This document shows positions 1 to 51,021 of a DNA stretch of 64,000 bases, piece after piece. Where the stretch lies: assembly GCF_009914755.1 (NCBI RefSeq), contig NC_060941.1. The stretch is one strand, 5' to 3'. The position numbers and the translations under genes are program-made. The notes below the pieces were generated by a model, which saw only the letters and a program-made list of their open reading frames with translations, was not told the origin of the DNA and searched no databases. Origin of the DNA: the human T2T-CHM13v2.0 reference genome, Homo sapiens. Each line of letters starts with the position of its first letter. Within the stretch, counting starts at the first letter, position 1.

Positions 1-240
1 ATTTCATATATGTTTTGGACATGTCAGCCAATGAACTTATACAAAAGAATAAGAGGCTTAAATATTAAAAAGTTGTGTACAATTCATTTGGAAACAAGTA
101 GACAGATTAATAGGTGATATTGGAAGAACTATCTAGCCATTGGGGAAGCGGAAAGAATGTTTTTACCTTATGAAAATGCAGAGAACATAAAAGAATGTAA
201 AAATTTAAAATTTTATATAACCAAAAAGGAAAAAAAACAG

Positions 241-271
241 TGTATGTGTTTGTGTGTGTGTGTGTGTGTGT
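241..271. repeat. (TG)n microsatellite
   Basis: Seen directly. Confidence 0.9.
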
Positions 272-309
272 TGCAACACTAACTACAAAAGGGGCAATGC
301 CTTCTTTTA

Positions 310-754
<445 letters not shown>

Positions 755-1158
755 TTAAAATGTGATTCAAAACAATGAGACACCCCTTGTACCCTTGTAC
801 CCATCAAATTGACAGAGATGAAAATGTTAATTTGCTGAGGGATTATTTATATTTATTCATTTTTCCTTTTTTCATTAAGAGTTTAAGTTAGCTTGCTAGG
901 TTGCATAAAATTAAGCAATTTAGCATAAATTAAAAGTAAGTGAGGCCACCTGCAAAGTAGTCTTGCCAAACAATCTGATCAAGTTGAATCTGATCAATTT
1001 CTAACCAACAGAGGGATGTGTGAGTCAATAACAAGGGATAAGAGCAGCAGAATCCAGTGGAAAAAACTACAGGACACATGGCCTGCATTTCTTCAACAAA
1101 ATAATTGCATGAAGTTGCAGGAGGAGAGGAAAGGGAGAGGCAAAAAGAAATGGAGGGA

Positions 1159-1468
1159 GGTCAGGTGCAGTGGCTCACGCCTGTAATCCCAGCATGTTGG
1201 GAGGCCAAGGCGGGCAGATCACCTGAGGCCGAGAGTTTGTGACCAGCCTGGCCAACACGGTAAAACCTCATCTCTACTAAAAATACAAAAATTAGCTGGG
1301 CATGGTGGCACATGCCTGTAATCTCAGCTACTTGGGAGGCTGGGGCATGAAAATCGCTTGTACCCAGGAGGCAGAGGTTGCTGTGAGCCAAGGTCGTGCC
1401 ACTGCACTCCAGCCTGGGTGACAAAGTGAGACTCTGTCTTTAAAAAAAAAAAGAAAGGAAAAAACAAA
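1159..1468 (+). mobile_element. Alu
   Basis: Dimeric consensus with A tail. Confidence 0.95.
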
Positions 1469-1647
1469 ATGAATGGAGAGCCCCTGGATTAAAAGGGAAA
1501 TAAGACCCTGTACTGATAGCATTCTAGGGGAGGAGTTGCAGATGAAGAACGTTCCTTTGTTTCTTTATTACCCCCTTAGTCTTCAAGCAGCTGGTTGAAT
1601 TAAAGTTACTATCTTGGAGTTTCCTTTGGTTAAAAGGGAGGTGATCA

Positions 1648-2082
<435 letters not shown>

Positions 2083-2166
2083 CTATGCCACTCTTTTAAC
2101 TATTAAAACAGAATTTTCTGTGATTCTGTTACTATTTAAGAACATCTTTATATATTGGTAAATTTC

Positions 2167-2485
<319 letters not shown>

Positions 2486-3092
2486 TAAATTTCAAACATA
2501 TTCAAAAGTGGACTGTATTATAACTGCCAGGTATCTAGCACTCAGCTTTGACAATGACCAGCTCATGGCCAATCCTATTTTATCTGTATCTCTATCCCCC
2601 ACTCTGCCTTTTTTTTTGAAGCAAATTCTAGAATAATATCATTTCACTCGTAAACATTTCAGTATTATCTCTAAAAAAAAAATACTTATTTTTTAAAACC
2701 TAACCAAAACCCAGTGTGTATTTTGAAAAGCTCGAGCACGCCACTAAATTTCTTTGCAACCCATTGCCATTTTTTATTTTAAAGTGATGTTTTTAACACC
2801 CTTATGACTACATTTCCTTGCGATCAATGCTAATGAGTGAAGCAGCCCATAAATGAGGAAGGAGATGAACCGAGACAGTAGGAGTTCCCTACTGCCTGCC
2901 TCCTGCCTTTTCCCTGGGCCTAGAACATAACTCAGGGCATTGGCTGTGATTTGCTTTTAGGTTCTTTTAAGAACATCTTAGTCAACACCAAATTGTTAAC
3001 ATGACATAAAAGGTCTACTAGGACTTTTTTTTTTTTAGCTTTAATCACATGAAGCTGTAATAAAACCCATTTGAGCACTTTTATTCTCTTAA

Positions 3093-3611
<519 letters not shown>

Positions 3612-3889
3612 ACCTTCTTTCATTCTTCTTGTTTCCCTGTCTGTCTCAGGCAACTTTCTACCTCTCTGTTTGTCATTCCCAGATCTACTCATTTCCTCCT
3701 GTCCCTCTCTTAAGCTCCATTTGCCTGCTTGAATTCTGCCATGCGTCCCGTCCCTGCAGCATCTTATACTTAATACATCTGACTTGGAACTCATGATCTG
3801 CCCTTTCCCCACTGGCCACCCCCACTGACCTGACTTTCCTCTTTCACTTAACTTCATTTGGGGGTGGAAAAGCCAGATGACGAGTATCA

Positions 3890-3961
3890 TTTTTATTACC
3901 ACTACTATTACTAGTAGCAATACTTCTACTATTACTATTACTACTTCCAGTACTACTACTA
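3890..3961. repeat. Degenerate (TAC/TAT)n low-complexity repeat
   Basis: Seen directly. Confidence 0.8.
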
Positions 3962-5374
3962 TGCTTCTGTTCCTTTGTTCCTCTTATGCAGTAAGTGACC
4001 AGAGCCTATAGATTTTGCCTCTGCAAAATTCAAGCAGCTTATTTGTGAGCCAGATTGCTGTGGTCTCTACCTCTTATTTTTGGGTCTAGTGCTTAAACTC
4101 TGTACATAGGTAAGAAGACATGGGCCCTGACTTCAAAGGGCTTGCATTTTTAGTGGAAGACATGGATGAACAGATGGGTTCACTTAATCAGCATAGGAAG
4201 GTTCAGGGTACTGTGGCAACACAGAGGAAAGGTATTTATTGCATTGGGGACTTTCATGGAAGACTTCCTGGAGAAAAACATACTTGAGCTGAGTGTCGCA
4301 GTTGACTGGGGAAAACAGGTAATAACAACATTCTGAGGAAAATAAGAGCAAAGACCTGGAGGCATAAAACATCAAGGCATGAGAGTATGTGGGTTTATGC
4401 ATGAGTGTGTGTGTAGCACAGTTTCAAAACATCCTGATATTATTAGATCAGTTCATCTTGTTACATCTTTTTTTTTTTCTGAAGCATGGATGTGGCATGA
4501 TGTTCCTCTACTGAAAAACATACATGACTTCTCTTTTTACATCTGAAATTTAAAATATATTTGTTACAGTATTTTGATCTCTGACTCCAACTTCCTCCTC
4601 CAGGTTTCTCTCTCCACCACTTTTCAGTTTGTCCAGAGTAGAAAACTCAGAATTCTTTGAATATACCACAGTGCTTCTCCTTACAAAGATATTTCATCCT
4701 CATTTTACTTTGAATCCCCTTATTGTCTCTCCAAGTCTTGATTGTCAAAATCCCACCCATGGTCTTTTTAAACTTTGATTTTGGAAATATTTAAATATAT
4801 AAAGAAGACATACAGTATAACAAACCCTCAGGTACCCTTAAATCCTACCAAAATCAAAGGGCCACTTCAAATACCACTTCGTATGTGAGACCATTTCTCA
4901 GTGTTGCTTGTCTTGCTTCTTCTCTCCTGCTTTCAGGGTGCAATGCTTGTATTGCACATCACACATACCCGCTGTTATTATGGAGTTGGGTTTTCATATC
5001 TCCTGATGCTTCGATGGCAGAATTGCATCTTAATAAGTTTTGACCCTTGCAATGTGTACCCTGGGGAATGATTGACAATTTCAGCTCAAAGATAGAGATA
5101 ACACAGTGAGGAGCTAGCTTGGAATTTAATTCTTACTAATCAGAAAGAACTGGTGGGTTGTGGGGGATGTGACAAGAGCCTTGGAGGAAAGTGACGTTGG
5201 CAACATAAAGTGAGAAATGGTAAAACAAGACAAACAAACAAACAAACAAACACAAAACAACTTTACATAGACATGTGGTAGACAAGGGCTACTTAACTGT
5301 GGCTGATTTCTCAGACACTTGTGAAACTTAAAAAAATATATGGATCCTGAAGCCTCACTCTATCAACTTAGCTG

Positions 5375-5592
5375 GTAACTACTGTCCCCAGTAGCTGAGA
5401 GACCTGGACAAAAGGGCATCAGCAGGGGACCCACCTGCATGGGTCCTTTTGGGGCAGTTTCACCCATAGGGATAGGATTGCAAGTGTGGCTTCAGTGACA
5501 CAACTACAATGTGAGATTTTAAGACTTTTTAGCACTTAGAGACTCTGTATGGCACCCAGCACGCCTGGAAGCCACACACACACACCTGGAAG

Positions 5593-5632
<40 letters not shown>

Positions 5633-6008
5633 ACGCAGAGAGAGAGAGAAGGGACCACTGAGCCAATGTCTTTATTGGGTACAGGGCGTTATCCAGTTTC
5701 CTGCAGGGAGCTTTAATTGCTGGGTTTAAAGCAAGCAGGCACTAGTTCTAGGAGGTCACAGCGTGACTGAGAGGTGGTCACCTTACGTTTGTGGGCAAAT
5801 GTCTGCATGGTCTGTTTAAAGGGAGTGGCAGGAAAGTAGGGAGGCCAGCCTGCTAGGCAGGAGAGATGTCTCTAAGTTTCATGTCTGGCCACTGGTTTGG
5901 AGCCAATCTGGTGGAGTGTGGTATTAGACACCGTGTTAAGAGTGACTGAGCCCTGCTTCTGATGTGAGATAGTTTAACTTAGGTTTAAAAATGGATACTG
6001 AGGCAATG
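5375..6008 (-). mobile_element. ERVL-type solo LTR (MER73/MER74-like) containing a (CA)n(GA)n tract
   Basis: Minus strand begins TTGCCTCAGTATCCATTTT..TCTCACATCAGAAGCAGGGCTCAGTCAC and has AATAAA (tttatt near 5670); family from recall. Confidence 0.6.
5564..5649. repeat. cctggaagc(CA)n duplicated, then (CA)n and (GA)n
   Basis: Seen directly. Confidence 0.9.
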
Positions 6009-7094
6009 TAAAATTATAAGCACTCACTACACTCAGTCCCAGAAATCCTGAGTCTATAGACCTGGAGAAGTTCCCATAGTCAGTGGGCACAAAGAGAGGT
6101 AGATTCAAGATTGATGAGATGTTTGAAAAATGTAATTCTAGTGTAAATAACACGAAAGAGGGAGAATGGAGCACGGAATTTGAAGAAATAAGATGCCATC
6201 CAGGGAACATTCTGCTTAACTCATATTTTAAAAATGTAAGCGTAAACATGGAAGGGACAAAAGGAAGTATTTATTGAGCACCTATATTATGCTACACCCT
6301 GCTAGGCTTCTTCACACACACTGTGTCAATCGAGTCTCTTAATGACCTGCGGAGATTGTACATCATCTCCAGTTTGCAGGTGTGGAAACTCAGTTTAAGA
6401 TAAGAAACTTTCTCAACATTACGTCACTAAGTGGGACAGCTGGGATTTGAAATGATTCTTATTGATGCAGAGGTTTGTGCAATTTCCATTCCATTCTTGG
6501 TTGTTCATTTTGTTTGTTTGTTTTTTGAAGAGCTCTGTACAAATGTTCAAAACAGTTGAGAAAAGAATAACAAACATTCAGTCAACAAATATTTATGATG
6601 TGCAGGTGCTGGGCAAAATCATTGGCCATCATGGAACTTATATTCTAGTGGAGAAAGGTAGATAAACAAGTAATAAATAAATGCAGAAGTAAATAAATAA
6701 ATACAAAAATAAAATAATTCTAGATTGTGAGAAAAGGTTTGCGGGAAATGAGTGGAAGATGGTCGTGGAGATCTATTGTAGAGAGAGTGGACATTTTTCA
6801 ACTAAAATATCAAAGTTTCAGGGAAGCTGCTTTGAGCTCATATTGTGTTGCAGGCTGAGTGTAAGGTGCCAGAATGTGAAAGCAGGAATGTGTGGATAGT
6901 AATCCTTAGATTGTGTTCAGGAAGCTCTGGGAAGGTTCTATGAGGGAGGTTTTGAATTTGGAAGGTTGAGTTCTTGTCTGCAAGACAGCTAGAGCCCTCC
7001 AGGTAGAAGGAACAGTATGAGCAAAGGTAAGGTCTTAGGAGATTCATTCTGACTCTGAAATCAAACTGACTGCAGGTTTTAAAATGAGCTTTTC

Positions 7095-7417
7095 AGCTGG
7101 GCACAGTGGCTCACACCTGTAATCCCAGTAACAGCACTTTGGGAGGCTAAGGCGGGCGGATAACCTGAGGTCAGAAGTTTGAGATTAGCCTGGTCAACAT
7201 GGCGAAACCCCATCTCTACTAAAAATACAAAAATTAGGCGGGTGGGGTGGCACGTGCCTGTATTCCCAGTCGCAGCTACTCGGGAGGCTGAGGGCCATGA
7301 GAATTGCTTGAACGTGGGAAGCAGAGGTTTCGGTGAGCCTAGATAGGACCACTGCACTCCAGCCTGGGTGACAAAGTGAGACTCTGTCTCAAAAAAAAAA
7401 AAAAAAAAAAAAAAAAA
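7095..7417 (+). mobile_element. Alu (first of a tandem pair)
   Basis: Consensus with long A tail. Confidence 0.95.
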
Positions 7418-7720
7418 GGCCGGCCATGGTGGCTCACGCCTATAATCCCAGCACTTTGGGAGGCTGAGGCAGGTGGATCACGAGGTCAGGAGTTCAAGAC
7501 CAGCCTGACCAACATGGTGAAACCCCATCTGTACTAAAAAATACAACAATTAGTTGGGCGTGATGGCGGGCACCTGTAATCCCAGCTACTCAGGAGGCTG
7601 AGGCAGGAGAATCACACAAAGCCGGGAGGCGGAGGTTGCAGTGAGCTGACATTGTGCCACTGTACTCCAGGCTGGGTGACAGAGCAAGATTCCATCTCAA
7701 AAAAAAAAGAAAAAAAAAAA
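7418..7720 (+). mobile_element. Alu (second of a tandem pair)
   Basis: Starts directly after the previous A tail. Confidence 0.95.
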
Positions 7721-7759
7721 GAGGTTTTCAGCTTTTCTTCTCTAAACTTTCTGTAATTC

Positions 7760-9370
7760 CAGAGAGATTTGTCTTCAGTGTTTGGAATCTCAGTGGTATA
7801 TAAGAGCCAGTGGTTTTGGAAGATTGGAGGATGGCAGAGTCCCTGTTCACTTTTACATTGCTGTTGCAAAGCCAGCTTTCTTCCTGCATGCCTCTTCCCC
7901 TGCCCTGCTTCGTTCGTTGCTTTGCATATGATGATTGCAATTTAATAACACTGAATGATACTTCACTGCTGGTTTTATTGCCAACTACCCTTGGAACGTA
8001 AGCCTAGATGCAAGTAGTAAGGAGAGGGCAGCCAAGGCCTCTAGATTGCCAGTTACTTGGCTGGAAATCCCATTCATATTGGGAAACAGATTTTTAAAAT
8101 AAATTTGGCACTGGAAACACTGCCATCCTTTTGTGAAGCTGTGTCAATAATCATAAACTCTCATAGTCGTGCCCCCAACCCTCGGCCAAGCTAACAAATA
8201 TTTAGGCATCAGCATATCTTCACGATGCCACCTTCTGTTGACCGCGTGGGCTTCTCATGCTGTTTGGGTTGGCAGTGGAACATAATCTTCTGTTTTATGT
8301 AATGAGGAACATCAGAGGAGTGCTTTGTGCTTACCCTCTCAGAGTGTGTGCAAGACCTCTCGTGTACCCCATCATTTTCGGTGCAGTCAAAGCTAGCGAA
8401 CATTTCTGTGGCCTGGTAAATATTTTCTAACTATTGGCAAGGCTTTTTAAATTTTTTTTTCCAGTGCCATTTTGCTCCAGGCCAGGATTATAATGACCCA
8501 GCTTTGCTTTGGTTTCAGATGAATTTTGCAAATATATGTGTGTGGTGGGATTACACTATTTTCAGAGAACACAGTCATGCGGGTAACAGGGTCTGATGCA
8601 ATATAGTGCTGCATATGCCCAATCAGGCCGACGAGGCTTACCCTTTGCAGACTGTGCCAATAAGCAGTCGAGGCTTGTTGCGATCTGCAGAAATCTACAG
8701 AATTCTCTGTTTCCGAGAAGGCTTGTTGCTAGCATATGACATCATAGAAAGCCTTTTTTTTTTTCTGACATTTTTTCTGCTTTGCTTTAGAATATCAAAG
8801 GCAAAGACTGTTGAACATAGTTGGCCACTTAGCTTTATTATTCATAGTGCTCCCTCCCATGTTTTTTTTTTTTTTTTTTTAACAGTGTTCAATGTTAGCG
8901 TCAGGTGTTGGCTGCCTTCCTGGGGGAACAGATTGCTGTGAAGTAAACACAGCTGGAAACTGACCACATATTGTTTTTCTTTCTTTTAAGAAATCAAAGA
9001 GGCATTTATAGAAAAGCTGCAGAACATGGTACTGTCCAGATTTATAGATTTATTCCTCCAAGTCTGGTTAATGATTAATGTCACGCCTGGGTGTCCACAT
9101 AGACCCACTTCCCTTCTCCCTTCCTGAAGCTGCAATTTCCTCGGAACAATGAGCTTGCAGAGGTTTGCTGCAATCCGAACTTGAGGAGGGGGTGGAGTCT
9201 GTTCAGTTCTGTTTCTCCTTGCCGAAGTGTGGTCTTTGGAGCTAAGTGAAGAATGACTTCTGTTAGGTTTTCCTCTGCTGGTCTTCCTTGCAGCCTCGAA
9301 AACCTCACCAGAGTCGCCTCTGCTGGTCTCTTACTGTGCTGCTCTGTCAGAGATGGGCAAGTAAGCGAAC
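7760..9370 (+). promoter_or_regulatory. Putative internal promoter/enhancer upstream of the alternative first exon
   Basis: Inference from position and repeat-free sequence; GTAAACA-CAGCTG (forkhead + E-box) at 8943-8955; TATA-like tttataga at 9005 and 9041. Confidence 0.3.
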
Positions 9371-9628
9371 TGCAGAGTGTTGCTGTGTGTGCTTGTGATT
9401 TGTATTTTATTTGATGTAAACGTGAAGGCAGAGTATTTTCTAACACTGTAATTCAACTAGGTTTTGTGTCTCCTGGATCTATTTTTTTTTCTTGTTGTTC
9501 TGAGGAGCTGATATACTTGGAAATATTAGGTTTAAGATATGCAGATGTCCAACTTATATACATAGTCAAGGGTTTAGAGTCTGGAGACAGGAGGCTGGCA
9601 ATTTCAACTAGGAGGCAGTAAATTCAGG
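9100..9628 (+). other. MAP2K6: Candidate alternative non-coding first exon of the short MKK6 isoform (5' boundary uncertain)
   Basis: Strong donor CAGG|GTAAGA at 9628/9629 followed by intronic G-runs; in-frame TAA at 9619-9621; lies in an Alu-free block; resembles the short-isoform cDNA 5'UTR as I recall it. Confidence 0.65.
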
Positions 9629-10972
9629 GTAAGAATGATGTTGATGTGGGGGGCTGTGGGGGTGGCTGGGTGTAACAGTGATCTGGGGAGAGAATCAAAG
9701 GCCTTCTCCTCCCACTTGGAAGACTTTACTATTATTTTGGTCTTTTATTCCTTTGGTCTCTGTGCTAAAAACTTTCTCTCTTTTTTACTGTTTCTTTGTA
9801 TAGATGTTTTGGTGATTTAAGTTATGGTGTAATAATTAATTGCTGTTAAGAATTGCTACTAATTACTTGCTATATTAAAGTTTTCCAAAGGGGTTTTCTC
9901 AATAAATAGCTATTTCTCTTTACATCTATCTTGTAAGAACTGAGTTAGAGGTAAAGAAGAGAAAGATGTAGGAATTTAAGAGTAACTTCTGCTTTTGGTT
10001 TGCTTAAATGACAACTGGAGACCAGTTTTCATAGGCAAAATATATGTTACTTTAGTTTTTGTTTTCGTTGAGAGAACTGTAGGGTCGCCTTTTGGGATTA
10101 CCTGAATTATCTGTCACCTGCACTGGAATTTGTATGTAGTTATCTGTATAGTTATCTAAACAAGTTGAATCCGTCATTCATTCCTCACTGAAGAATCTCA
10201 TCGAAAGTAACATTCCCTGTCTGTTTGGCTGAGGTGCATGGATGGGAATTGTTGGAATTAGGCCATATATCTATTTGGATTCTCATAACTGGGTCCAGCA
10301 CCTAGCATAGTTCCTGGTACATAGGAAAGCTCTATGCGATGTCAATAACTGACTAATTTAGTAACATCCTTAACAGCTGTTTGAGTTCCAAGAGCAGGAA
10401 AGTGAATGGTGAGTTTTGAACCTTATAAAATACATAAGTAAACCCAAATGAGGAGAGAATTGAGAAAGCCTCTTATTCTGAAGGTGGTCCTAAAAGGCTT
10501 TCTCTAGGCTGATTACTGCGAAGCATATTTTTTCCTGGCTATATACAACTTGGCAGAATTGATCTGATTTTGGATTCTGAAGGAATTGAAAAATTTCATT
10601 ATACATTATAGTGGGCTATAATGATGTGGCCAGTTCTCTTCATTAATTTTTTAAATGACTTTAAAAAAAATGAGACAGTACTGATTGTTTCCCTAAATGA
10701 ATCTAATTAACAGCTACTTAAGGTATCTTAATGTTTTTTCATATATGTTATCTGCTTTGATTCTCATATCAGTCCAGTGAGGTGAGTATGGTTGTTACTT
10801 CCTCATTTTACAATTGAGAAAACTGAGAGTCAGATGAAAAGTGATTCTAGAAGTTGCGTGATGCGTGGAAGAACCAGATGTCAGCTGGGTATTTTAAAAC
10901 TCAAAATCCCGGGTACGTCTCACCTGCCCCCTCTCCAGTCATCTCTAAACGTCTTCTATTGCAGGATAGTAG

Positions 10973-11517
<545 letters not shown>

Positions 11518-12065
11518 AGAAGGTAGCATTCTTTCCAGCCATTCTATGCAGCTCTCCCTTGGTTTCCCCTGCCAAGTGCAAAGAGACACAGGATCTCCAT
11601 GCATGAGGAAAACCCCAGGCCCTTGTTTGCTCTGTTCTGCTTCCTGAGCTGGCATTTCTCAGTCTGTTCTTTTTTACTCATCAACAAAAGTATTCGAGCC
11701 AAATTCTCTTGTAATTTCAGCCCAGGTGTGATCAACATCAAGTTACCTTTCCATTTGGCCCAAGAAGAAGTTATAACTTCCTTGCATAAGCTCATCTGTT
11801 ATCTTAATCCTTTCTGGAACAGGGAAAATGTAAATAAGTATTACTCTATCCCTCTCTTAAGTTTTTCAAATTACAGCAGGTGGTTGGGAAAAGGGGAGGG
11901 CAGAACAGTGGAAAAGCATTTTTTATTCTACTTCCATTGCTAACTTTGTAGTAGTTAACAGATCGATTTAGAAAATAGTGGGTTACTAAGATAAGGGTGA
12001 CCACCCTTTACTAACACTAAAAAGAAAAAAAAAAAGCTATAACCAAGTGTCTGCCATCACCATTA

Positions 12066-12424
<359 letters not shown>

Positions 12425-12722
12425 TCAGTGGGGAGAAAGGGCAGATCTTCCTAGGAAAAGAGAGTTGGCATTCTCATCCTGATGTTTGCCCCCTGGACTA
12501 ATGAAAAACCTCATTCATGACCACAGTCTGTATTTGAGAAGCTCTGTCCTACCTGGTGCTTGGGTTCTTAACACTCACAGACTTCCTGGGTAGGAAGTGG
12601 CGCTTTGAATGGAGACATGAGAGCTGCCTGTGCAGGTCAGCTCTTTCCTTTGCCGCAGTCTCTTTCTCTGCTATCTTGCTATGATTTAGTCCTTAACTTT
12701 TTCCTTTTGTCTTTCCCCATAG

Positions 12723-48698
<35,976 letters not shown>

Positions 48699-48935
48699 AA
48701 AGCAGTGGACTTAATCGGTTGACCCTACTGTGGATTGGTGGGTTTCGGGGTGAAGCAAGTTCACTACAGCATCAATAGAAAGTCATCTTTGAGATAATTT
48801 AACCCTGCCTCTCAGAGGGTTTTCTCTCCCAATTTTCTTTTTACTCCCCCTCTTAAGGGGGCCTTGGAATCTATAGTATAGAATGAACTGTCTAGATGGA
48901 TGAATTATGATAAAGGCTTAGGACTTCAAAAGGTG

Positions 48936-49240
48936 ATTAAATATTTAATGATGTGTCATATGAGTCCTCAAGCTTCTCAGACTTCTCTTATTCTTTACAA
49001 AATGAATGCATTGGCCCTGACAAAAAGGTGCTACGGTAGTGATGAAATTATAAGTAGATTTGTAGTTTGTCCCATTTATTATTTTAATATTTATGTTTAA
49101 GTGCTTGGTTGAAAAGATTCCATTTTATACAAGAAGGGAGATTCAAAAAAAAAATATAAGGTTGGGTTAGCAATATTTATAGGGCTTTTATTTTTTAAGT
49201 TCAATTGTGTCTGTGGTCCAGAAGAAATTATTTAATATGC
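48936..49240 (+). promoter_or_regulatory. Proximal AU-rich element cluster
   Basis: ATTTA at 48943, 49074, 49089, 49175 and 49230 in U-rich context. Confidence 0.55.
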
Positions 49241-50836
49241 ATCTTTGAGAATATTATAAAAATATCAAAAAGGAGCTCTTCTTGTGAAATGTCTGTTCCA
49301 GCTGTTGTGACTGCTGCCATTTTTGCAAACATCTGCCCAATCCTGGGTGATCACCACATCTTTTAGGGGAAGTGACAAGATGCTCTGGTCATACTCTTTT
49401 TCCCAACTTTGGAAAACATAAAAATCACTCATATAACAGCTCAAAGAGTAAAACATTTGGTTCTTCTGACACTTGTGGTATAGTATTAGTGGAAAGTGAT
49501 TTGTAATATGATTTTATATCCACCTACCTATTCATCTACCTGTGTGTATGTGTGTGTTTGTGTGTCTATTTGGCAATTCACAAGTCCTGCCAAGTGGTTT
49601 CTATGAGCATCTCTGTTTGGTAAGGAGGACAATTGTCAGTTTTGAGGGGGACATGTGTTAAATCACAGAAAAAAATGGTGCCTTCTTCTGCGTTTGTCCC
49701 TCCTGCCATGTGTAAGTTGTAAGGATTGCCTTTGTAGTTAATGTACTCTTTGGCTTTGTTTGTTTGTTTTCTTCTTCAGTGAAGCAGCCTTACTATTCAT
49801 AGAAGGGCTAGAATAGGAGAAAATGAAAGGTAGTGAGTAATTCTTTGATAAGATGAGGAAATAATGGGAAAGGTTGAATTAATTCCTGGGCATGGACTAC
49901 CAGATGACCACAAGTTGCGTTGAGGCCGCATCTTTCTTCAGCAGCGTGCAATAGCTGGCTCCTCTATAGGAGATGAGCTTCATTGGGAGTTCCTAGCAAG
50001 TTGACTAAACAGCAAAAGTTCTTTCTCGTGGGTAAATATACCCACAGGTTCTATGATTTGTAGCTCTAGGTTTCTTGATGATCAAGGAGTGAAGTAATTG
50101 ACAGGGAAAATATAGACCTATGATAAATAACCAGGAAGCATTGCTTTTGGACAAGGAAGGACAGAGGGTTTTGATTTTAAAAAGAAGAAAAAAAAACCTT
50201 ATTTTTTCTTTCTTGGCCTCAAGTTCAATATGGAGAGGATTGCTTCCCTGAATCCTCTCTTCCTTCCCCTTTTAGATTTTGAAGTGCAATCATATGTTTT
50301 TCTCTGTTTGCATTTTTTCCTCCTTGTTCTTGACAAGGAGGAGTTGCTCCTGCCCAGAATGAGCGTGACACTTCCGAACACTTCTTCATATTCAGTTCCA
50401 AGATATATCTGCTTGATTAAACATGAGCTTCCTCTGCTCTGAAGCTACCTCTGTCCTCATTTTATTCTAGCCAGAAAAGGAGTATCACCCTAGTGATTAT
50501 GGCTGTTCACTTTCCCATCTATCTTCCTAAATCTGGAAGTTCTTCTCTTGGAGATCAAGAGAAAAATTACAATTGTATTCCTTACTTTATTCACCCACCT
50601 ATGAAAACAGGAAGCAATAGGAAAAAAAATCCGGTTACTCCATTTTAGCTTTTGGTGAACGATGTAGAGCAAATTGTCTCTCTGGTCTAGGTCCGATTAC
50701 TCTTACCTGTTTTTCCACTTTGAGACATTCTAAACAGAATGTGTAACTTCTCATATGTATGCCTCTCCCATCTGTGAACCTAGGCCAAAGTTGCAAAAAC
50801 AATCATATTAATAGTAGAGTAGAGAAAAAGTTAGTC

Positions 50837-51021
50837 TATGGTTCTCAACCCTCGTGTACATTGGAACCATCTGGGAGCTGTGAACACTGTCGCTGCCAAT
50901 GTTCCAGCCACCAGAGATTTGGATTTAACTGGTGGGGCCTAGGAATTGGTGTTTTTTTGTTTTGTTTTGTTTTTTACACACCTTCATGTGATTCTGATGT
51001 GAAGCTGGGTTCAGAACACTT
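50837..51021. mobile_element. MER5A-like fragment in the 3'UTR
   Basis: tggttctcaac...cattggaaccatctgggagc...gtgattctgatgtg. Confidence 0.65.

Noticed and set aside
9081-9446. 121-aa antisense ORF over the alternative first exon
   Set aside because: No recognisable domain and a non-ATG start; a length reachable by chance
48801-48862. Two short hairpins about 100-160 nt after the stop (SECIS or readthrough element?)
   Set aside because: The stop is TAA, stems are only 5-6 bp, and no SECIS core is visible
49141-49154. Proximal mRNA end at attc(A)10
   Set aside because: Genomic A-run with no canonical hexamer 10-30 nt upstream; likely oligo-dT internal priming
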